A stretch of 64,000 nucleotides of DNA from Lingula anatina (Eukaryota; Animalia; Brachiopoda): contig CM120647.1 of assembly GCA_051362555.1 (NCBI GenBank), positions 2,728,001-2,792,000 of the forward strand, read 5' to 3'. The position numbers and the translations under genes were made by a program. The notes under the pieces were generated by a model. The model ran no database searches. It worked only from the letters and a program-made list of their open reading frames with translations, and was not told the origin of the DNA. This document shows, one piece after another, positions 36,085 to 48,749 of the stretch. The first letter of the stretch is position 1. Every line of letters starts with the position of its first letter.

Positions 36085-39000
36085 CTTTTCATTAATATTC
36101 CTTATTTCAACATGTGGTGACTTTGATCAGTGTTTCTGCCTTCCAGATAAATTGCATTGGGAATTTTATTACTATTAATATTCTAATTTTAATTTTCATT
36201 TTTATTTTCCTATTAATTAATAGATCATAACCCAAATCTTAAATTTTGTTCTTTTGTCCATTTGTTCATTTAATTTTCATTTAAGCATTTGCTTGTCATT
36301 TACTTTATTATATATTGATGCAGTCTGTATACAGATTTAAATACAGATCTGTACATTTGAATGTTCTTATCTGTCATGGTGTAGAATTAGAAATTAAAGT
36401 AATAAAAATTAATTCCCATTTCATTTTTTTGCAGGCAGGGCTTGTTTTGTTAGTTATCTTGGTGCTGCATGCCTGCAGTGAAGTAGATGCCAAGTCCAAA
36501 TTTGTCTCTGTGTCACTAGATGCCAAATGGGAGTCGACACCACTGATGCTAGAAACTAGGTATAGCCTGCTTGGCAATGAGTTCATGTACTGCATTTATA
36601 AGAACCAATTACAAAATATTCAGACATGGGGAAACTCATTGTCTGATAGGTCATCGTCGCTTGCAGATATGTCAGAGGCTAAACATAGACTAACACAAAT
36701 AAGATACTTAGTTTGACCAGCACAGAATTGGGAGCAACTGCATATCTTTTGTAGTACAGATCCTCTGGACCTTCAGTTCTCAAAATTTTTCCTATGTCTG
36801 AATATTTGTTAGATATAGAACACTTGCTAGTTCTAACATATTTCTGTCATAGGCCTTGTTCAGAATTGAAGTTATCGCACTAGCTGGATTGATCTATCTC
36901 AGTGGGAATTTTGCTTAGGTACAGTCAATTTAATCAGCTTAATTTGTCTGGCACACCCCCTCACACAGCAACATGAACAGAGTCATAGACCACAAAGCTT
37001 TCCTGACTTTACCCAAGTATTTTTTGTTAGGATGGGACGTGCCCGACAAGTGAGCTTATTACATTGACTGCACCTTGGTGAGAATCCATCCTCACTGAGA
37101 CAGATTGATCCTGCTAATTTTTTTTTTTTTTTGTGTACAGACACAAATGTGTCTGTACATATAGCCGTCACCTGCGTCTGTCGTCGTGTCTTTTTTTATA
37201 TAAGTTTTAAGGAATATGGAAAATTGGCCCTTGAGAACTGCATAGCATAGTGGGGCCTTAAACAGATGATCTTATTTTGGTATGGGTCCTGTGAGCATGT
37301 GCCTGAGGTCTTATAAGCAAAGACAGTCACTTAGAATTAGCTCATAGTGAAAGATAGTCTGAAGGTTTTGGGTTGACTTAGTTTTACTATGAAGCTATAT
37401 ATATATATGTGGACAATTAAAATCTGAACATGAGGCTTTTATTATCAACTAAATTTTCACAACCTGCATAAGCTAAATGAAAATGACTATATCATTTCAG
37501 CGAGTTTCTGGCCAAAGAGAGTAATGCCATGTTCTGGGCTTTTGTGGATACTGTGGCAGAGGCCAACACTGCTGACATGCAAGATAGTAAGTATACAGTT
37601 TATCTGAATGATGTGATTTCATTTTGCATGTAATCTTTTATACGCAGTGGTTTCTACTGGTTTAACTGAATGAATGCAGTGGTTTCTACTGGTTAAACTG
37701 AATGAACTACATGCTATTAAAAAGATTGTTTTATGAATTGCCAAGAATATACTTCAGCTTAAGGATCAGTGACACTGAGTGACCCTCATCAGTGATCAAT
37801 CGGCAGTTTCTATCTGCATTGCATGATATTCCCAGTCACTGGAATGCTGTTAGAAGTCACCTGCGTTCGTCATCATGGGCATTTTTGGCAGCATTGCCAA
37901 TGCACTTTCAGTGATAACCCCTAAGTGGAAAACCGTTTCACCTTTTGGCTTAAAACTTACAGAACTGATGCATATTCAGAAAATGTAGATGTGGTTTTAA
38001 AATCAGCATGATTGGTTCAAGGAAAACCGAGAGGCCTTTTGTTTTGAAACTCACAGGAGTGATCAATCTTACTGAAATACAGGTTGAGTTTGAAAATCAT
38101 ATCAGACCATAATTGATGATTATGCTGTTAAGCATTATGTTTTATTGTATGAAAATTGAAGAAAACCTATTTTGGACATTGCCATTATGGTGACCATTTC
38201 AGGAAAACTTGCTGCTTATGATTCTCAAACTTACATTGAATTTTGATGGGCCTGAAGACCTATGCTAATCACATCTAACATGTATGTTACCTGCAGTGCA
38301 TAGTTAAAAATTGTTGGCTCTAAAGCATTATGTAATAATTAAAGGAAACCCTGTTTTGGGCACTGCCACCATAGTGACCATTTAATTAGTACCACCAGTG
38401 TGTATGCTGGCTGTACTTGTGGTTTTAGTCCAGACCTGTCTCGTAAAGCTCCCTGGCTCCGCAGTTGGGTACCGGAAACAAGTCACCGTTACCGCTTCTC
38501 CTCCTAGACCACAAGGACCTGTGTCCCCATATCTTGGATTTAGGTCACATATAATCTCAACTTAAGCACCCTGGGTTTTTTGCCTCAGACTGTGCATTGG
38601 CCTGGGCGTGACGCTTTTTTAAATGCACCCTTGACAAAATTTTTGAAAATTCAATGCTAAATATCTCCCAAACCAAAGGAATTATGGGAAAAAGTACTTC
38701 AGAAGTCTGACCGAAAGTCATATGTGGAGATTCCAAATATGCCCTTGGATTTGACTTTTGATCTGCTTTTCACCATGAACTGAATTTTGCATATTTTCTG
38801 ACCTTTATATCTCCAAAATTGGCAAAGAAATGCACAAAGTTACTATTGAACTTGTATAGGAAGTCATATACTGTGACCTTGAAATTGACCTTTGACCTAC
38901 TTTTTCCCCACGGACTGAAATTTGCATATTTCTTGCCCCTCATATCTTCAAAACTAGCAGAGATATGCCCAGTGTTGTCCCTAGGTTTTCTCTTTTGTCA

Positions 39001-42000
39001 GCAAGAGAAACTGATGCAACACAGATAACACATTTCAAGGAAAACCAATAGGCCTCTTGTCTAGAAAATCACAGGAGTGATCAATGTTAGGAAAATGCAA
39101 GTCAATTTGAACATCTGCTTGATTGGACCATTTTTACAGTTATGTTTTTTCACATCTTTTTCTTTTTGAATATTTTGAGAACTCTTGATTATTGCATTTT
39201 ATAGAGCTTGGCAAGCAAAAGAATGGTGATGGTGTCCCTTTTTTATTTGTTTTCCATGCAAGTGCGCTTACTCCAGCTGGTGGTACAATTTCCAGAGGCG
39301 GTATCACCCTTCTGATCCTCTAGTGAAAACCATGTCATTAACACTTCTCAACTTACAGAAAAGAAACATGGGACAAAAATACAGCTTGAATTTGAAAATC
39401 AGTCTAATTTTGCAATTCTGCAAGTAATTCTCTGAGCAATTTTATTTTTATGGTATAGATAAAGAACGAGGCGCTGAGCTTTACGAGAAATAGAGCTGAT
39501 AATTGGCGAGGCGAAGCCGAGACAATTATCTGCTCTATTTCTTGTAAAGCTCAGCGCCGAGTGCTTTATCTGGCTTAAAGCAAGATTAATTAACCCTGTG
39601 CACTGGTGCGTGGAACGCATTCGTGAATGCTGTGACTTTACACAAAGTAAAGCATGGCCCAACCTATTGTCTTTTGACAGGAGAGTGCTTTAAGGTTTTT
39701 TAAACCATTCTTACCTTTAGACAGAGAATAATCTACTTAAAATTGAATAACTGCTGTCAAAATGTATGCAACAGTGCAGGAATAAGTTAAATTAAATGGA
39801 ATTGTTCTCATTATTACATGAAAAATGGAACTTATGGATGTACAGGGAAAAGTGATATCTAGCATTCTACATGCATGTCCTTGAGGTCCATTGAGTGAGT
39901 GTCATTTTGGTGTCCAGATGTACATGAATTCACCAGAATGAAGTGATGTGAGTTATCAATGTACTCAGAAAAATTCAGCGAGACCGTTCTTTATGTTTTT
40001 AAATTATCTGGAATTTAGTATTATATTTGAGGTGGTGAGAAGCTGCCCCATTTTACCACTAGTTTATGAAACATCTATAAAATCAGGGTTTTCTGACTTC
40101 TCTCATACATTTTAACATTCCCTAAGATAGCTCAAATAAGAGCCAACAATCATATCTGAAGGAACGTAATGATCATGAATTTACTGTTCAAAAAGGAACA
40201 AAACAATATTTCCATGATACACATACTATATGTGGTTCTGGGTCTTTGGGGTAAGAGTGAACTGAACCGCATGTATGGGGTGACGGTCTCTATGGGGTTG
40301 AAAAGTGATGAGCATTATTTAATGAGCATGTTTTTTCCTTTCAGAAGAACCTAAGGAAGTGTATGAGATGATTCTGTCCATAGCAGAAAAACTTATTCCT
40401 TCCAAATTACAACTGGGCCTTCTCAAGTTTTCATTATCATTAAGATCTTATTCACCAGCTGTAGAAATGCATAATCAGGTGAGTAAACAGAAATGTCTTA
40501 ACATTTATATGTTCAGGTATGGTAGTACGTGCACATATTGTCGTCCTGTAGATCCATCCAGGCCTAATTGAGGAAAGAACTTCTGAATTTTCTTTCAAAC
40601 AAACATAATTTTAAAACATCTAACAACCATTATCAGTCAAACTTAAACTTATTAACTAACATCCAGTTATTTTTGTGATTTACTGGGTGTGGTATGCCCC
40701 CCCCCCCTCCAGAACCTAAAGCGTTCTCCAATCCCCCAGAATGTAAAATGTTAGACTGCCACATTAAGGATTTCTTTGAACCTACATCACAGTTCTACCA
40801 ATGAGTTTTAACAGGGTTGTTCAGCCAATTTATAACTTGTTTTCCATCAAACTTGGTTGTTGAATAACTGTTATAGCTTGATCTTTTCAAAGGGGGGAAT
40901 TTCAGGTACTGTGTTTTACAGTTACTGTATTGCTTAAAATTTGAATCTTCCGATTCAGTGGTAGGAACAGAACTGAAAAGCAGTCCACCTTATAATTCTT
41001 TTGTACACAGAATGTTGTTTACCACAAATGCTGGTGATTCCAAAATTATGTATCTGAAGTCTTGATAATTTTTTCCCTATTGAAAAGGTCAAGTTATTAC
41101 TAAATTGTATGTGCAGTAAATTGTTAACTTTAAAACTCAGCTTTGTAAAGTAATAAATGAAAAATATTATATCCATGCCATTTTGGTGGTAAAACTGCCT
41201 TAAAATGGAATCTCATTTGAAGAATTTTTATCCTGTTAAAGGGTTATGTTGGTTTTGTTCTTAGGATCCAGGTATAGGTATATACATATTTTATAAACTT
41301 TACTGCTGTATACTTTTTAATTGAATTTTCTGTGTTCAGGTGGCCAAGGATAATAACCCTCCCCGTGATTGTGATACATTTGTCGACGTCCAGGGCAAGG
41401 TCACGTGTGATAGCAAGGAAATGAAACGACTCATTAACAGTGCCACTCAAAGGTACTTGCAAATTGGTAGACAATAAGATGTTGTGAAGTTGTGGCATGA
41501 ACCATTTTAAAACAAAATAGACAAGAGACACTATGTCTGAAAAGAGGGTAAGCCTTATAAGGTATTTTATTTCCTCATCCACCTGTTTAGCTTCACAATG
41601 TGTAAAATAATGCAGCATATTGACCCTTTTCATCTTTTCCATGTTGGAAATTGCATTGTGGGAAAGTGAGTCCTATGCTATGTGGAAACACTTACAGCAG
41701 TGCTGAAAAACATGCCTGGGTTTACGTGCTGTGTGTCCCGTGGCTACAATAACAGTAAGAGAGATCGACACATGGTTTTTATAAGTTCCCAACAAACTCG
41801 TTAAAATGAAAAATATGGGTAGACAACATCGGTAGAAAGAAAAGAAAATTTAGCAGGTTTGGATCAAGAGCAGGAGACCGTGTTTGTGCCGAACATTTCG
41901 AAGGTTGGAAGAAAACCTATAATATAAGAAGATCAATGGTGTTTAAATAAAAACCATTAAAGTTTAGTTAATCAACGGATCGAGCGAAGACTCGACAAAT

Positions 42001-45000
42001 AGAACTCGGGGGGAAAACAATGCGTGAAAAAAAAACACCTAAATATTTGAAGAAAAAATTGAAGAATAAAAAGAAAGAAAAGACTTTAAACATGAAGTTA
42101 CGGGAAAAGAAACTGAAATGGAAAACACTTTATTTGAATGATTTTATTTGATTGAAAACGATAAAAATATGCATAAAAACATTTTAATAAATCAAATAAT
42201 AATATTGCTATAATTTTGTTTTGGTCTGACGGTTTTGTTTCAGTTTGACAGAATTTTCACGCTTGTCAGACCAAAAGTCTGACATTTTTTACCTGTCGTA
42301 AATTTTGTACATATACTAGTGTAAGACACAGTAAACAGTGTAATTATAATCTGGGAAGGAGTCAAAAATTCCTGTCTCACCTATTTAACACACAAAATTA
42401 GAAGGTTTTAATTACAGAGGAAAGACCATAGTTGTGGCCGCCCCTCTTACCAAACAATTGAACAATTAACACTTGATGCCTTATCAGGTACCAAATGAGT
42501 TAATTAGTTAACCGATGAACAATCTGCGTGTCAGTTTTACCTGTATACATAGTAGGTACAGTATGAGTCAAGCAACGCAGGGAATCTTTTCATTTTATTA
42601 TTTGAAAAATCTCTTAAGACATCCTTCAAACAAGACACAAAAATCGTAATGAATTGATACTACTGGTACATGCACACATGATAGTAAATAAAGTGATATC
42701 GCCACAGTTGGCATATATACATGTAACATTATGAAGACGTACATACCTGTCCATACACTAGAAAGCTGTGTACGAGTCTACTGGCTATTTTGATTTAATA
42801 AAAAAGTATAACGCGTTTCTTTCGCATACCTTTATTGTTGGAAACATTTAAAAGAACTCTGAAGCTTAAGTTCGTCATCACTAAAGAAAGTGCAGCCAAG
42901 GCTCGGATGCTTAGGTTAAAGTCTACTTGTACAGTGCATCGTATTTAAACTGAGAATAAAAACATTTAATTGCTCAATTCTCCGTCCAAATAGCTGTTTT
43001 CTTGCCTACAGTTGATGCATTTCTGTGCTTCAGCCATCTTTTAAGTTTGACACAAAGCAGTGCACGCTTCAAACGGCCTTTTTGTATGCGCACCCTGTAC
43101 ATCATCTACACCTAGCAGTGCCTGGCTGGAAACAGAAGAGGACTACAATGACCCCTGTGGTGCGCGGTTCTTGTCACGTGCACTTCTTATTTCTGCAAAA
43201 GATGAAAAGGGTCAATACAGCTTCATTTTATGCCTGTAACAATGCAACTTCTTTGAATAGCACTGTAATGTGCCATACATTTCTACACCAGCTTGGGCAG
43301 ACTTTTACTAAGTGGAGGGATGGATAAGTAGGTTAGTTTATAATCAGAAATTTGAAAAGGGTGCAGCTTCAAAGCTCTTTTATGGCCAGTTGAGTGATTA
43401 ATATAGTATTTGTTGTGGCAAGTGTACTTTTTATCTGAGTGGCATACAAAACTAGTAGAAGTTGTTTTTATGCATTGTAGGGAATCTGCACCTTTTGTTT
43501 GCTGACCAGATCATGAAGAACATACATATTCACAAGGAAATATACAGTTCTAATTAAGAGGGCATATTTGTTTCACATATAAAGTACCAGGGTTGTAGGT
43601 ATTTGTTTAACTTCGAATTTGAGATGGTGAAATTTTATATTTAAGCAATCTGTTATTACTCTCAATGTAGGGATTCAGCAATACACTAAACATCATAATC
43701 AGAAACCTACATACCGCTCTACCAAAGTGATAATATAATATAAAATCAACAATAAGCACAAGAAGTTGAAGTTTTCTTGTGGTGTTATGTGTAGTTGGAT
43801 AGGAAGTGAAGATAAAAGTGGAGAGCTGAAGGCTGAAGGAGGGGGGCTGATTGACCTTTATAAAGGCTCACCTTACTCTTTTTCTACCGGAAGGCTCTTG
43901 CTTTGCCTACAGGATTAGAACTATAGATTGGCTATTTAGATTGAAGATCATACTGTTGCCCCCTTCCAAAGAATTTTTCTCAACCTACAGCACTTGAGTT
44001 TTTTTTTGAGGGTTTAATTTGTGAATCTTATTGCTATCATGTTTGTAGGTTAAGTGTTCACTTTGGAGTATTGAAACTAGTCCAAATGCAAGCTGATACA
44101 AGTCTTAAAATGATGTTGTTCATGTGACAAAAGTAGCTCTTATAATGCTGACTATTAAAAGATTCACCATGATGAGAAAATTGCAAAATCATAGTTACCA
44201 GACACCATTTATTCTGTCACTGGAATTTCTTTATTTACAATTTGTACATGTGCCATTTGATGTCTAGTCTTTTGACTTTCAGCTAAGGTCATAACCATGT
44301 CCTTTGTGGTATACACCTCACCTTACACCATCATTGATTGTATACAACACAAAGATCTTTCATCAATGCCTTTCCATCATTTCAGAGCTATGCCAGAACT
44401 CTATCCATTTGACCACCATTTCTTGACCACTAAGAAATCTGGACCAGTGGTTATACTGTATACGGAGCTTGGGACCAGCTCATTCAATTTGTTTCATGGG
44501 GAGTTGAAAAAACTTGCCAAGAGAGGGATGGTGGACTATGTCCTCAGGCATTTTGTCAAAGTGAGCATTTATTTTATATTTAGAAGTAGAGCCCCACTCT
44601 GAAAGGACTTAACATAACAAAGGAATACATTTATAATGATGATCACAGAAAAAATATACAGCCAATTCTGGTTTCATAACTTATACCACAGCCCTTTCAA
44701 AGTCAGCAATGAATAATAAGTCAATGTTTTAGTTTTTTAATCCTGTGAAAAGTAAACACTTATATACTATTATTTTTCATAATTATTTCACAATACATGT
44801 ATATGTGCTTATCTTGTTTGATTTTGAAGTTAAGTATCTTACAGTCATGGTCCTTTATATATTTCTTGGTATCACATACTTCTTAATGTAAAAGGGTGAA
44901 AGTAAATTATTGTACCACCAGTATGGGCACTGGCGGTACACATGGTTTTAGTCCCAACCCGTCTGGAGGTGGTGTCTGTTATTTTTTTCTTTTCCATACT

Positions 45001-48000
45001 GTTTACGAGTTGTGCTATGTCAAAAAGTACAATGTGGTGAAAATAAAATATGAAATACGGTAATATGCCATAAAAGAACACCAGGAAAAGATAACAGAAG
45101 GCTTTGCCAGGGACAGACAACCTACTCTCAAAAATGACAGAATTTCATGAAATTTGAACATTTGGAATTTCTGAGCACCTCCCATTTCATGAATTTGGCC
45201 AAAACAATATTTTAGTTATTTCAATTAATTTCTTCTGTAAGGATTTTATGGCAAATTGCTGTAACCCCAAAATATATCTCCAAAACTGGTAGAGATATGC
45301 CCATAATTACTATTGAACTTAAATAGGAAATCATATACTGGCAGCCTTACTGTGACCTTGAAATTGACCTCTGACCTTTCATCATGAAATAAACTTTGTA
45401 ACATTTTAGTCCCTTACATCTCTAAAACAGAGATAAGGCTTATGGTTACTATTGAAATTGAATAGGAAGCTGTATCTTGCAATCTAACAGTGACCTTGAA
45501 ATTGATCCTTGACCTTCTTTTCACCATGAACTGAACTTTGCCAATTTTTTTGTCCCTTATATCTTCAAAACTGGCCCATAGTTACTATTGAACTTGAACA
45601 GGAACTTGTATATTGAGTCTTCCTGTGACCTTGAATTTGACCGTCGACCTACTTATCACCATTAATCGCACTTCACAAATTTGGATTTTACCTTTTACTT
45701 CTCCCCATGATTTAGTTATAAATAGTGATTTTCAACAAAAAACTGTTTACTGCATTTTATAGAGCTTGTCAAGCACAACACTGGAGTTGGTGCCACCTTT
45801 TTTTTTTTTTTTTTCCATACAGATGTGCTTACTCCAGCTGGTGGTACAATACCCAGAGGTGGTATAGCCTCTCTGATCCTCTGGTTTTAATATTATAATT
45901 GTGCATTGGTTGTCAACTTGAGAATTTTATGCAGCAAATTATGTTTTGGACACATTTTTCAAATGCAGATTCCTATGAAGTTCATTTTCATCAGTTATTT
46001 TGAATCCATGTATAATTTTGTGAGCATATCTGAAAACTACAATCAAATAGTTATTTACTTCTCATTTAGGATATTAGTGTGTAATTTTAGGAACCATCTG
46101 AAGAGAAGGTGAGACTGGCTGGGTATGGTGTGGAGTTGGCAATAAAGAGCACAGAATACAAAGCAAAGGACGATACAAAAATGCAAGGTTAGGAGTCAAA
46201 CAAACATGCATGTGACACCTTATATTTCTGTCAAGTCGCCATCAGGGAGGGAGGTTGCAGATGTTGACAATGTCTGCACTAAGGGAGGAGGGGGACTGCT
46301 CAGCTTGGGTACAGATTAAAGCAACAATTTATATCCTCGTTCATTGACAAACAGGACATGAATGAATTGAAGATATTGGAGAAGAATTACTTTAATGACA
46401 AAATTTCTACATTGTAACTTCAGCTAGCTCCTCCTAGATCATTAGGGTGAGGAAGTTCAAACTTTTGGTATTGATAGACCTACCAGTATCATCAAGAAGA
46501 TGCCCCAGTGTATGTGTGGGAACTGCATTAAGCATATTTTCATGGATACTTTTTTATGTACAGACACAGATGTGTCTATACATATAGCCATCACCTGCGT
46601 CTGTTATAACCGTGCACTCTCACCGATAAGTGGAAAACTATTTTACCTTTTTGCTTGAAACTTACAGAACTGATAAATATTCATAATACACAGGTCAATT
46701 CTGAAAATCGGCATTTTCTCAAAAGATATGCTGTTTTTATGTACAGACACAGATGTGTCTGTATATATAGCCATCACCTGTGTCTATCGTCACCTTCATC
46801 GTCGCTGTGCACTTTCACCGATAAAACGATAAGTGGAAAACCGTTTTACCATTTGGCTTGAAACTTACAGAACTGATGAATATTCATAATGGGCAGGTCT
46901 AGGTCGAAAATCAGCATGATCAGGCCATTTTCTTAAAAGCTTTTCTAGAAGGATCAAACCAAAATGTAGACTTGTAACAAGCAGATATAATGTATGGATA
47001 GGCAGGGAAAATGCAGTAAAACTTAATAATCAATAGGAACTGACCGATTGTGCACATTTCTACCTTTTTGGTGAAACGTGTAGACTCGTATAGGCCTACG
47101 GTACACAATGGTGGTGTCACAGCACCTATTGTATAGACAGTGGATAACATCGCCAATACTTTAATTCAGCCAGGCCGAATGCAAAGGATAAAGACAGACC
47201 TTGTAAGCTGCCAAGTGGCTAGAGATCTCACAGCCAATTATCAAGCACCAGAGAAGAGGAATTCATTCAGTCTACAAAATGAGATACAGAATGAATTAGA
47301 AGAGATAAAAAATGAATTGAAACACTGTTAAAACTGACCATCTCAGGCAGATAGTCCAGCAATCACTGCTTGACGTTATGAACGAAATAAAAAAAGAGTT
47401 CAATGAGCGTGTTATGGAAAAAGAGGAAAGGCATACCAGCATGATAACCGAGATGAGAGACAGAATGGACGATGTAAATATGGACAATCCAGAGCTGGGG
47501 AAATACTGGCTGAGAGGGAAAGGGAGCCAAGGGAACTTGGGAAGAGAGTAAAAGACAATAAACAAATGGCCGTGGAAGCAAGCTGTTGTTCAAATAGGAA
47601 TGAATAATACTCCAGAAAACAATGTTAAAGTTTATGGAGTGAGTAAATCTCATGAAAAAGTGAAAGAAAAAGTGATAAAAACACTGAGAGAGGCCGCAAA
47701 TGTCGAACTGCAGGAGAGCGAAATCAATGCCACATATAGAATCCCAGGAAAAGCGGGCAGACCAAGACCAATAATTATTAAAGCGAGAAATGCCAAAGTG
47801 AAAACAAAAATTATGAAAAAAAGAAAAGCAATCAAACTGGCCGTCAGAGGGGTACATGTGGCTGACAACATTACGTACTTGAATATAAAACCTATACAGA
47901 GTCTCAGCCAACATTAACATATAGATAGTGCATGGTATTTTAATTGCGACATCTACGGACAGGTCAGTCAAACTAAAATAAAGTTTGACATTAACGATGA

Positions 48001-48699
48001 CATTGGGGAGAAAATAAAAAAAGACACTGACTGAATTATAGGCCTGAATATAAAGTAAAAGATTAGTTTCTCTCTTTTGTCCTGATATCAATGTAGGAAA
48101 AATAAAAGTTGTAGCATCGTATATATTGCAGGGCATTGTTTATTACTAGTAAAGCGTAAAATAACCTACGGCACTTGTGTGACAAACTGGTTTTCAACAA
48201 TCACATATTAGATACCGATTATGTGATAGATACAATACGAGTCGCCGAGCTGTGCGTGAAATATTACGAGTGTATTGGCGAGCCGCAGTTGTATCTGGCT
48301 TAAACCATGGCCTCTGATTGGCTTCCACACTACTAATGCAACAGACTGTGGAACGCACTCGTACATGACGTGCTTGTATGTCGCATACAGCACAGCCGAG
48401 TCTTTTGTTCTACGCGCTAGCCGTGGTTTAAGTTATAGCACAAGTAGTGGGCTCTTACAGTCAGTGCCCAGGTGAATGCAAATAAAGGGACGTCTCACAA
48501 CAGGTATGATCACATCTCCATTCTATACTAGATGTACATAGTGGAGAAAACAGCAACCGTTCGCCTTATCTCAACAAAAAGCATTCATTGTGACCTTTAT
48601 GCTATATTGTGCTATATTTCTATGTGTGAATGTATGTGGGTGAGTATGTATGTGCATGAAAGCGCAAAAAAGACATTATTTGTAGAAAGCAAGAAACAC

Positions 48700-48749
<50 letters not shown>

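Noticed and set aside
41712-41925. Host THAP-domain gene
   Set aside because: Frameshifted, lacks one Zn-ligand Cys, and lies within TIRs in an intron
47363-48136. 257-aa minus-strand ORF
   Set aside because: Antisense shadow of the A-rich ORF1-like remnant; no recognisable domain
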